Below, one piece after another: positions 56,939 through 64,000 of a stretch of DNA of 64,000 nucleotides (the stretch's first letter is position 1; each line of letters opens with the position of its first letter). The stretch is taken from contig CAWEWK010000026.1 in NCBI GenBank assembly GCA_963812755.1, positions 168,078-232,077 of the forward strand, given 5' to 3'. Under the pieces are notes generated by a model. That model had not been told where the DNA came from, searched no databases, and worked only from the letters and a program-made list of their open reading frames with translations. This stretch comes from an uncultured Gemmatimonadales bacterium (GTDB lineage: Bacteria > Gemmatimonadota > Gemmatimonadetes > Gemmatimonadales > GWC2-71-9). A program made the position numbers and the translations under genes.

Positions 56939-58315
56939 CTACTCCGGATCTTCTCGGGTGGAGAAGTTGTCGAACCGAGTGTATTCCCGGGTGAACTTGA
57001 GCTGCACGTCGCCGGTGGGACCATTCCGATTCTTGGCGAGCATCACCTCCGCCAGGCCGCGCTTGGATTCGTCGTCCCGATCGTAGTACTCCGGGCGGTG
57101 AATGAAGATGACCAGATCGGCGTCCTGCTCGATGGCCCCCGAGTCCCGAAGGTCCGACAGGATCGGCTTGCGTTCACCGCCGCGCTGCTCGGAAGCGCGG
57201 GAGAGCTGAGACAGAGCGATCAGGGGGATCTCCAGCTCCCGGGCCAGCGCCTTGAGCGAGCGGGAGATGTCGGAGATCTCCTGCACCCGGTTTTCCGAAT
57301 AGGACGGGCTGCGCATCAGCTGGAGATAGTCCACCACGATGAGCCGGAGGTCATTGTCGATCTTGAGCCGCCGAGCCTTGGATCGCATTTCCAGCAGAGT
57401 GAGCGACGGCGTATCGTCGATCCATACCTGATAGGTCTGCAGGATGCCGGCCGCCCGGGCCAACTGAGTGAAATCGGAATCTCGCAAGGTGCCTTGCCGG
57501 ACCCGATGGCTGTCGACCCGAGCCGTAGCCGTCAGCATTCGCTGAACCAGCGCTTCCTTGGACATTTCCAGCGAGAATACCGCAATCCCCTGCCCTTCGG
57601 CGGCGGCGTTGGCGGCGATGTTGAGGCAGAAAGCGGTCTTTCCCATGGAGGGCCGGGCCGCGACCACGATGAGCTCAGAGGGCTGGAACCCCGAGGTCAT
57701 GGCGTCCAAGTCTAGGAACCCGCTGGGCACCCCGGTAACCGCTTTGCCGCTGCGCTGGAGCGTTTCGATGCGCTCCATCGTGGGCCACAGCATCTCCTTG
57801 ATCCGGGTGAAGCCCTCCTCGCCCCGTTGTTGCGAGATCTGGAAGATCTTGGATTCGGCGACGTCCAAAAGATCGGTCGCCGTGGAGTGACCGTCGTACG
57901 CCTCGGTAATAATGGACGTGGAGGTCTCGATCAGCCGCCGAAGGATCGCCTTGTCGCGAACGATCTTGGCGTGGAACTCGAGGTTGGCGGCGGTGGGAAC
58001 GGCGTCGACCAGCTCGGCGAGATACTCCAGCCCGCCGGCGGATTCCAGCTCGCCGCGCCGGAGCAGCTCGTCCCGCAAGGTGATATGGTCGATGACGACG
58101 CGGCGTTCCACCAAGCCCAGCATGGCGCGGAAGAGGCGCCGGTGGGCCTCCCGGTAGAACATTCCGTCATCCACCAGCTCGGCCGCGCGCAAGGCGGCGT
58201 CCTGGTCCAGCAACATGGCACCGAGCACCGCCTGCTCGGCCTCCGGGTTCCACGGGGCCGAGCGCCCGGCGAATGGATCAGCGGTCGAGAAGTTGTCGAG
58301 CGATACGGACGTCAT
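56939..58315 (-). CDS. dnaB: replicative DNA helicase
   Basis: 458 aa. EQAVLGAMLLD, AARPSMGKTAF Walker A, and SQLSR...DLRDSGAIEQDAD. Confidence 0.96.
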   Translation of the reverse strand: MTSVSLDNFSTADPFAGRSAPWNPEAEQAVLGAMLLDQDAALRAAELVDDGMFYREAHRRLFRAMLGLVERRVVIDHITLRDELLRRGELESAGGLEYLAELVDAVPTAANLEFHAKIVRDKAILRRLIETSTSIITEAYDGHSTATDLLDVAESKIFQISQQRGEEGFTRIKEMLWPTMERIETLQRSGKAVTGVPSGFLDLDAMTSGFQPSELIVVAARPSMGKTAFCLNIAANAAAEGQGIAVFSLEMSKEALVQRMLTATARVDSHRVRQGTLRDSDFTQLARAAGILQTYQVWIDDTPSLTLLEMRSKARRLKIDNDLRLIVVDYLQLMRSPSYSENRVQEISDISRSLKALARELEIPLIALSQLSRASEQRGGERKPILSDLRDSGAIEQDADLVIFIHRPEYYDRDDESKRGLAEVMLAKNRNGPTGDVQLKFTREYTRFDNFSTREDPE

Positions 58316-59048
58316 CCCAGGTCGGCTTCTTCCAGTTCGGGTTGCGGAGCAGTGCCGCGGGATGGTACGTCACGATCAGCGGGATTCCGTTGTACGTGTG
58401 CACCTTCCCGCGCAGCTCTCCCAGACTTTTCCTCACACCCAGCAGGGCTTCGCCCGCGGTGCCGCCGAGCGCGACGATCACCTTCGGGCGGATGAGCTCC
58501 AGTTGCCGGTGGAGGTAAGGGATGCAGGCTGCGATCTCATCGGGCAGGGGCTTCCGATTCTGAGGAGGCCGGCATTTGACGATGTTGGTGATGTACACCG
58601 AATTTCGTGGAACATCAATAGCCTCGAGGATGCTGTCGAGCAGTCCACCGGCTTGTCCCACGAAAGGCCGGCCGGTCGCGTCCTCGGTGGCACCGGGTCC
58701 TTCGCCCACCAGCACCAGCCGAGCCTTGGAATCCCCCTCTCCGGGGACCGCGTTGGTGCGACTGGGACAAAGCGCGCAACAGTGACTCGTGCGAATCCGC
58801 TCGGCTACCGCATCGAGCGACTCGAGCACGCTGAGGTCGGTACCCAGCAATCCCGCCTCGGGCGACTCGACCGCGATTCCGGGACCCGGGATGGGAGGCG
58901 CGCCCTTCTGCCAACTTGAAGTAGCAGCGCGCCGGGTAGGCGGGGCAGCGTCCGCCTGAGGCGCTGCCGGTCGCGCTCCGCTCAGCACGGCTTCGCTTCC
59001 ACCCAGTTCCACCTGTTGCGCTAGGTAGCGCCGAGCGAGCTCATCCAA
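58278..59048 (-). CDS. uracil-DNA glycosylase, family 4
   Basis: ORF trimmed to the TTG at 59048 (MDELARRYLAQQ), just after the coaBC stop. GEGPGATEDATGRPFVGQAG and a C-terminal HPAALLRNP. The 3' end overlaps the dnaB start by 38 nt. Confidence 0.85.
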   Translation of the reverse strand: MDELARRYLAQQVELGGSEAVLSGARPAAPQADAAPPTRRAATSSWQKGAPPIPGPGIAVESPEAGLLGTDLSVLESLDAVAERIRTSHCCALCPSRTNAVPGEGDSKARLVLVGEGPGATEDATGRPFVGQAGGLLDSILEAIDVPRNSVYITNIVKCRPPQNRKPLPDEIAACIPYLHRQLELIRPKVIVALGGTAGEALLGVRKSLGELRGKVHTYNGIPLIVTYHPAALLRNPNWKKPTWDDVRIARQLLDR

Positions 59049-60237
59049 GGGCCTGCTCCACCGCGTCGAGGATCGCTTCGGCCACCTCACGCTTGGACTG
59101 TAAAGGGAAGATCCGGGGGGTGCCGTCCCGTCCAATAACGGCCACCCGGTTGGTTTCGTGCTCGAAGCCCGCGCCCGGCTCCAACGCGTCGTTCACCACG
59201 ATGAGGTCCAGATCCTTCCGCTCCAGCTTGGCCCGGCCTTTGGCCAGCGCGTCCCCGGTTTCCAATGCGAATCCTACCGTCACGCTCCCCGGTTTCCGCT
59301 GATCTCGGGTGGCGCTGAGAATGTCGTCGGTCGGCTCCATGGGAATGGCAAGGGCTCCGTCCACCCGGGAGCGCTTGCTTTCGCTGGGACTGCTGGGCCG
59401 AAAATCAGCCGGGGCCGCCGCCATCACCAGGATGTCCGCAGCCGGAAGCTCGGCCCGGACGGCCTGCTCCAGTTCCTTGGTGCTCTCTACCCGCCGGAGG
59501 GTTACGCCCACGGGAGGGGGAAGAGCCACCGGACCCGATACCAGCACTACCTCGGCACCCCGCTCCCAGGCCGCTTCCGCGATTCGGTATCCCATTTTAC
59601 CACTCGAGCGGTTGGTCACGACCCGCACCGGATCGATCGATTCGCGGGTCGGCCCGGCGGTCACCACTACCCGGCGCCCGGCCAGGCGGCCTTGGCCACG
59701 CAGGAGGCGGGCTGCATGCGCCAGGATGGTCTCCGGCTCACTCATCCGCCCGGGTCGCTCCGAGGGGCCTTCGGCCAGCGCGCCGACCTCAGGTCCCACC
59801 AGTGCGATGCCTCTGGCTCGCAGGCGCTCGAGATTCGACTGAGTCTGAGGGTGGGCATACATATCGTCGTTCATCGCGGGGGCCAACAGCACCGGAGCGG
59901 TCCATGCCAGTAGAAGCGCGGTGAGTAGGTCGTCCGCCATTCCTTGCGCCATGCGGGCAATCAGGTGTGCTGTCGCCGGTGCCACAATAGCGAGGTCTGC
60001 GTCGCGGCCCAAGCGAACGTGAGCGAGCGCCCCGCCCCGCTCCCAGATCGAGGAGAGGACGGGGCGCCCGGTCAGCGCCTCGAAGGTGAGCGGCCGCACG
60101 AACTCCCCGGCCCCCTGGGTGAGGACCGTGTCGACCCGGGCCCCCGCCTCGGTGAGCCTCCGGGCGAGAATGCAACTCTTATAGCAGGCGATACCGCCCG
60201 AGACGCCGAGGACGACGTGCCGGCCGGCCCAGGCCAT
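59041..60237 (-). CDS. coaBC: bifunctional phosphopantothenoylcysteine decarboxylase/synthetase
   Basis: ORF 59041..60591 trimmed to MAWAGRHVVLGVSGGIACYK (398 aa). PAMNDDMY and ITNRSSGKMG-like VTNRSSGKMG. Confidence 0.93.
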   Translation of the reverse strand: MAWAGRHVVLGVSGGIACYKSCILARRLTEAGARVDTVLTQGAGEFVRPLTFEALTGRPVLSSIWERGGALAHVRLGRDADLAIVAPATAHLIARMAQGMADDLLTALLLAWTAPVLLAPAMNDDMYAHPQTQSNLERLRARGIALVGPEVGALAEGPSERPGRMSEPETILAHAARLLRGQGRLAGRRVVVTAGPTRESIDPVRVVTNRSSGKMGYRIAEAAWERGAEVVLVSGPVALPPPVGVTLRRVESTKELEQAVRAELPAADILVMAAAPADFRPSSPSESKRSRVDGALAIPMEPTDDILSATRDQRKPGSVTVGFALETGDALAKGRAKLERKDLDLIVVNDALEPGAGFEHETNRVAVIGRDGTPRIFPLQSKREVAEAILDAVEQALG

Positions 60238-60449
60238 CAGGCCTCGGAGCGGCGGCGGCGGACCAGCTTGTAGTTGAGCTCCCCTTCCACCAGAGCCTGG
60301 AGCGCCTTGGTGGTGAGCTTTTCTCCCTGATGGGCCAGTTGGTCCTTGGGGAATTCGTTGAGAAAGCGGGCGAACTTGGCGGCCACCAGGACGCCGAGGT
60401 ACTTGTTGCCCGCCTGCTTCGCAACTTCGAAAGGTGTGATGATGCGCAT
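60237..60449 (-). CDS. rpoZ: DNA-directed RNA polymerase subunit omega
   Basis: 70 aa containing NKYLGVLVAAKFARFL. Conserved gmk-rpoZ linkage. Confidence 0.85.
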   Translation of the reverse strand: MRIITPFEVAKQAGNKYLGVLVAAKFARFLNEFPKDQLAHQGEKLTTKALQALVEGELNYKLVRRRRSEA

Positions 60450-60481
60450 GGTGGTCCTTTTCAGGGTCTAGGGCCAAACTC

Positions 60482-61117
60482 TCATATCTTGCCCGCCATC
60501 TCGGCCACATCGCGCTGCAACCGTCCGATGAACTGCTGCAGCGTGTCCTGCCGGGAGACTCGGCGCGCCTCGGCGTCCAAGATAGCGGCAACCTGGGCGA
60601 CGGCGATGACGAGGTCCTGATTCACGATTACGTAATCGTACTCACTGACCGCAGCCAGTTCTTCGGCGGCGCGAGCGATCCGCTCCCGCACCATCGATGT
60701 CGCCTCGGTATTGCGTCCCGAAAGCCGGGACACCAGTACCTCCGCCGACGGCGGTAGTACGAAGAGGTGCACCGAGTTGGGGAAGCTGGCCCGGATCTGC
60801 CGGGCCCCTTCGATGTCGATGTCGAGCACCGCATGCCGGCCGCGCGCGAGGATTCGCTCGATCTCGCTGCGCAGAGTACCGTACAGCTCGCCGCCGTAGG
60901 TGGCCCACTCCACGAACTCGCCCGCGTTCCGTCGATGGACGAATTCGGTGCGAGTCAGAAAGTGATAATCCACCCCATCTCGCTCGGTGGGACGGATCGG
61001 CCGCGTGGTGCCGGAGACCGAGTACCCCAGATCGTCTCGCCCCTGCAGTAGGCTCTTGGCGATGCTGGTCTTCCCGCCTCCCGACGGGGAGGAGAGCACG
61101 AGCAGGAACGGCTTCAC
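60482..61117 (-). CDS. gmk: guanylate kinase
   Basis: 211 aa. SSPSGGGKTS P-loop, and TTRPIRPTERDGVDYHF. Confidence 0.95.
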   Translation of the reverse strand: MKPFLLVLSSPSGGGKTSIAKSLLQGRDDLGYSVSGTTRPIRPTERDGVDYHFLTRTEFVHRRNAGEFVEWATYGGELYGTLRSEIERILARGRHAVLDIDIEGARQIRASFPNSVHLFVLPPSAEVLVSRLSGRNTEATSMVRERIARAAEELAAVSEYDYVIVNQDLVIAVAQVAAILDAEARRVSRQDTLQQFIGRLQRDVAEMAGKI

Positions 61118-61989
61118 TCGAGGTTCTCGAGCTGTTCCCGGAATTTCTCGAGCTCGCCCTTCATGGCGATGACTTCCTGCGCGATCGCGGCGTCATTCGC
61201 CTTGGACCCCATCGTGTTCACCTCGCGTCCCAGCTCCTGCGCCAAAAACCCGAGCTGCTTGCCGATCGGCCGCGAGGCGGCCAATGCCTCCCGCGCCGCG
61301 TTGAGATGGGCTCGGAAGCGCACCAGCTCCTCGGTGATGTCCAGCCGGTCGGCCTGGAAAGCAAGTTCCTGAGCCAATCGGGCTTCGTCGATCGACCGGC
61401 CGTCGAGCAACTCGCTCACCGCCAGCCGCAACCGGTCGCGTTCCCGGATTAACCGCTCGGGTGCGCTCTGTGCGATACGAGCAGCCGATGCCTCCAACAG
61501 CTTCAGGCGGTGCTCCAGCTCGGCTGCCAGCGCGTCACCTTCCCGTGCCCGCATGGTGCGGCACTCGGCACTGGCCTGCGCGACTATCGGCTCGATCTCG
61601 CTCCAGACCACCGGTTGAGCGCCATCGCTACCGCTGGAGAGCACGTCGGATTGCCGGGCGACTAACTCGAGTGTCACCTCGCCACCCAGTCCCAGCGCCG
61701 CCTGGAGCTCCCGAAGCTGCGAGGCCACCAGCCGGGCCCGATCGAGATCCACCGAGAATCCGGCCGGCCGGGTTGGATATTCGCTCCACCGCGCCTGGAC
61801 CGCGAGATGCCCCCGGTCGAAGTCCTTACGCAAGCGCTCCCGCAGCTCCCCTTCCATCGCGCTCAACTCGCCCGGGAGCTTGGCGGAAAGGTTGAAGTAG
61901 CGGTGATTGACCGTCCGGATTTCGATCCTGAGCCGCCCGCCGCCTACCGGACCCTCCGCCGCGCCGAACCCCGTCATGCTGTAGGGCAA
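61114..61989 (-). CDS. yicC: YicC-family protein (stress-induced, endoribonuclease-like)
   Basis: 291 aa. SMTGFG N-terminus and C-terminal EVNTMGSKAND..IKGELEKFREQLENLE. Start is the TTG at 61989 or the ATG at 61977. Confidence 0.88.
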   Translation of the reverse strand: MPYSMTGFGAAEGPVGGGRLRIEIRTVNHRYFNLSAKLPGELSAMEGELRERLRKDFDRGHLAVQARWSEYPTRPAGFSVDLDRARLVASQLRELQAALGLGGEVTLELVARQSDVLSSGSDGAQPVVWSEIEPIVAQASAECRTMRAREGDALAAELEHRLKLLEASAARIAQSAPERLIRERDRLRLAVSELLDGRSIDEARLAQELAFQADRLDITEELVRFRAHLNAAREALAASRPIGKQLGFLAQELGREVNTMGSKANDAAIAQEVIAMKGELEKFREQLENLE

Positions 61990-62073
61990 TAGACCTCCGT
62001 GGCTGAGCTGCCCGTCGGCCGGGATAGCCTTACAAGATAAGCGATTAGGGGCCGCTTTTGAACCCGTCGGGGC

Positions 62074-63897
62074 CTAGTTCAGGAACTCCCACCGCACCCC
62101 GAAAGTGGTGCCGTAGGAGGGGATTCTGAACCCGGGCACGTAGGTGAGGTCGGAAGCAGTCAGGTTGCTCCGGTCCCAGAACAATAGGAAGCTCTGGATC
62201 TGGATCTGGAGCAGGCTGCGGAGGAAGGTTGCGCCCCTGAGCGTGACCGGTGCCCCGGTGCCGTCGCGGCCGATGATGCCGCGACCCCACGTTTCCATGC
62301 TCAACTGCAGCTTCAGGTCGAATACCCCACTGGGGAACTTGCGGAGGAACTTCGATCGCAGAGTCACCGAGGTAATCGAGTGGCTCGGCGGAATCCCCTC
62401 CGCGCTGCCCTCGCGCGGGTCGCTGTACCAGCCCTGTAAGGTGAGCCAACGCACCGGCGCCACTCGGGCACTCACGGTCAGCCAGTCTACCTCGGGCGAT
62501 GGGCCGATGGCCGGCACCCGGAGGAATTCGGCGTAACCGAAGGGATTGAAGGCGGCGGTACGGGCCCAGCCTACCTGAAAGCCAAGCCGCTCCCGCTCCC
62601 AGCCCAGCGTGGCTTGATAGTCACGAAGCCGCTGCGAAGTGTCACTGGCGATCGATGGGGCCGCGACCAGTCTCCCCCGGCGCGCGCTTCCGGTCAGCGA
62701 GAACCCGCGCACCGGCTGGAGGCCGGCGGCAAGCGACAGGTAATCGCTCGACCGACTGTTGTCGTGGGATTGGTGTACCACCTCGGCGCTGGCAGTGAAT
62801 TGCCGGATCGGGGTCCATCCCGCTGAGCCGCGAGCATCGAGCGAAGTCCACCGAGTGCGATGAAATACCGAGCCCCCGGCGGAAAAGGTCGGAGTGCGAT
62901 AGGATACCAGCCCGCCGATCTGGTTTATCTGCTGAGCAATTCCCGCCCCATCCCAACCGGTCCGGGCATAAATGACGTCCACTCCGGGACCCACACCTTC
63001 GCCCTGGGAGTGCAGCGACAACCGGAGTTGCGCGTCGGTGCGCGTCGCTCGGAATCCGAGGCCGATCGTATCGTTGGGAATGGCGTCGGCGATGACGAAC
63101 GCCCGCCGCCGCGGGGCGGATCGGATCAGCTGGTATTGCAGGCCGAACTTGGCGGAAGGGATGTAACCGCCCTGAATCCAGGCCTGGGTATTGGAGTATC
63201 GGCTGCTGGTTACGACCGCGGTCGGCGAGCTCAAATAATCGGCGGCGAGTGCGAACCCTAGGCCGGAATCGAAACGACGCTCCAGCTCCGCCTCGTAACG
63301 GGCAAAGTCGCGATCCCCGCTGGAGATGGCGATGCGGGACCGGGGGGCCCGCCGGTCGTGCCTTCTGGTGAAGAGGTAGACTCGCAGGAGCCCGGGCCAG
63401 CGCTCTACCTCGATTCGATCGAGGAAGCTGAGGGAGAACAGCGCCGGGTCTACCGCCACGCTGTCCACCCCGGCTGCCACATAGGGTACGCCGTCCAAGT
63501 AGTACTCGGCCGAGTTGGCGCCGCGCGCCTGGTAATTCACCGGCTCGGGGCGGCCGATGTATCCACCCCGCCAGAGATAGACGCCAGGAATTTGGGTGAG
63601 GAGGTCGCTCACCGTGGCGGCGTGGCCCCACTCGATCGAATCCCGGTTGAACACGATCTTGGTCAGGTCCGGACGGGGTCCGGGCACGCCGACGAACGGC
63701 AACACCGGCACTCGTACCGCCACCTGCTCCTGAGCCTTCAGGAAGCGGGCGGTGTAATCGACGGTATCCTGAGCCAGTGAATCGGGCGGGAGTGTGTCGT
63801 CGAGGACCTGCGCAACGAGAAGACCGGGCGAAAACCAGATGATGAACGTGAGGAGAAATACCCCAGGAATCCCCTTCAAGATTCCCTCACCGCTCAC
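62074..63897 (-). CDS. outer-membrane beta-barrel protein with a TonB-receptor Plug-like N-terminal domain (putative porin)
   Basis: 607 aa. Signal/TM segment GIPGVFLLTFIIWFSPGLLVAQ. Plug-like block VSDLLTQIPGVYLWRGG...ARGANSAEYYLDGVPY...FLDRIEVERWPG. Then ~450 aa of alternating beta-strand pattern, ending in ..GVRWEFLN. Confidence 0.6.
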   Translation of the reverse strand: MSGEGILKGIPGVFLLTFIIWFSPGLLVAQVLDDTLPPDSLAQDTVDYTARFLKAQEQVAVRVPVLPFVGVPGPRPDLTKIVFNRDSIEWGHAATVSDLLTQIPGVYLWRGGYIGRPEPVNYQARGANSAEYYLDGVPYVAAGVDSVAVDPALFSLSFLDRIEVERWPGLLRVYLFTRRHDRRAPRSRIAISSGDRDFARYEAELERRFDSGLGFALAADYLSSPTAVVTSSRYSNTQAWIQGGYIPSAKFGLQYQLIRSAPRRRAFVIADAIPNDTIGLGFRATRTDAQLRLSLHSQGEGVGPGVDVIYARTGWDGAGIAQQINQIGGLVSYRTPTFSAGGSVFHRTRWTSLDARGSAGWTPIRQFTASAEVVHQSHDNSRSSDYLSLAAGLQPVRGFSLTGSARRGRLVAAPSIASDTSQRLRDYQATLGWERERLGFQVGWARTAAFNPFGYAEFLRVPAIGPSPEVDWLTVSARVAPVRWLTLQGWYSDPREGSAEGIPPSHSITSVTLRSKFLRKFPSGVFDLKLQLSMETWGRGIIGRDGTGAPVTLRGATFLRSLLQIQIQSFLLFWDRSNLTASDLTYVPGFRIPSYGTTFGVRWEFLN

Positions 63898-63900
63898 AAC

Positions 63901-64000
63901 TCACTTCTCGCCTTTGGAGCTGCGGGCCAGCAGAAACTCGCTGAACAGTCGAACTCCGACCCCGGTGGGACCCTTGACTCGGGTAGGGTCGTCGCGCTCG
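63901..64000 (-). CDS. 3' end of an unidentified CDS (partial, runs off the window end)
   Basis: Open frame ending at TGA 63903..63901. The tail reads ERDDPTRVKGPTGVGVRLFSEFLLARSSKGEK. Lies 3 nt upstream of the porin GTG. No family recognised. Confidence 0.35.
   Translation of the reverse strand, partial: ERDDPTRVKGPTGVGVRLFSEFLLARSSKGEK

Noticed and set aside
61990-62073. tRNA-like GGTTCAAAA (T-loop-like) segment and a repeated CCCGTCGG box between the porin gene and yicC
   Set aside because: No acceptor, D or anticodon stems can be drawn, and the flanking bases of the putative T-arm do not pair. The 8-nt repeat is short and GC-rich, so it is likely chance.
1-64000. Defence systems, toxin-antitoxin pairs, CRISPR arrays, prophage or transposon remnants, integrases, rRNA/tRNA genes
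   Set aside because: I looked for these on both strands and in all spacers. No repeat-spacer periodicity, no recombinase/transposase/nuclease-NTPase-like ORFs, and no spacer long enough for structured RNA genes apart from those discussed above.

Overview
The window is visibly GC-rich (about two-thirds G+C by eye, not computed) and looks like bacterial chromosomal core, densely packed with about 70 genes. Almost all genes are on the minus strand. Only 28440..34716 (dcd, two M1 peptidases and a CHAD-CYTH gene) is on the plus strand.

Recognisable blocks on the minus strand, in coordinate order:
- fabF-acpP-fabG-fabD-fabH-plsX-rpmF-yceD
- ndk, an EIIA/CBS protein, sucD-sucC, carbamate kinase, a UPF0182 membrane protein and PMM/PGM
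- a complete 14-gene nuoN..nuoA complex I operon
- a decayed LVIVD-type lipoprotein gene, a His-rich secreted or outer-membrane protein, sdhB-sdhA-sdhC and mdh
- trmL, moaA-moaE-moaD, an HU/IHF gene, carA and secG
- fpg/nei, a HutF-like amidohydrolase, an M20 deacylase, and tpiA-pgk-gap
- comF, aroE, an LMW-PTP, tsaC, ispD, radA, dnaB, udg, coaBC, rpoZ, gmk and yicC
- a Plug-domain outer-membrane barrel

I saw no rRNA, tRNA, CRISPR array, transposase, integrase, phage gene or recognisable defence gene, and I found no convincing novel multi-gene system.

The loci most worth a second look:
1. The M20 deacylase has 84 conserved N-terminal codons with no ATG/GTG/TTG, and they lie in frame directly behind the tpiA TGA.
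2. The M1 peptidase / CHAD-CYTH / M1 peptidase trio contains a reversed-order CHAD-CYTH fusion.
3. A lipoprotein gene is broken by at least four frameshifts, while all its neighbours are intact.
4. A secreted His-rich protein is apparently coupled to sdhB.
5. Three genes are inserted into the usually conserved tpiA-secG junction.
6. A PTS-EIIA/CBS fusion is coupled to sucCD.

All calls rest on motif recognition from the supplied translations and on hand inspection of junctions. No database search was run. Many ORF-track starts were trimmed to internal starts that abut or overlap the upstream stop.
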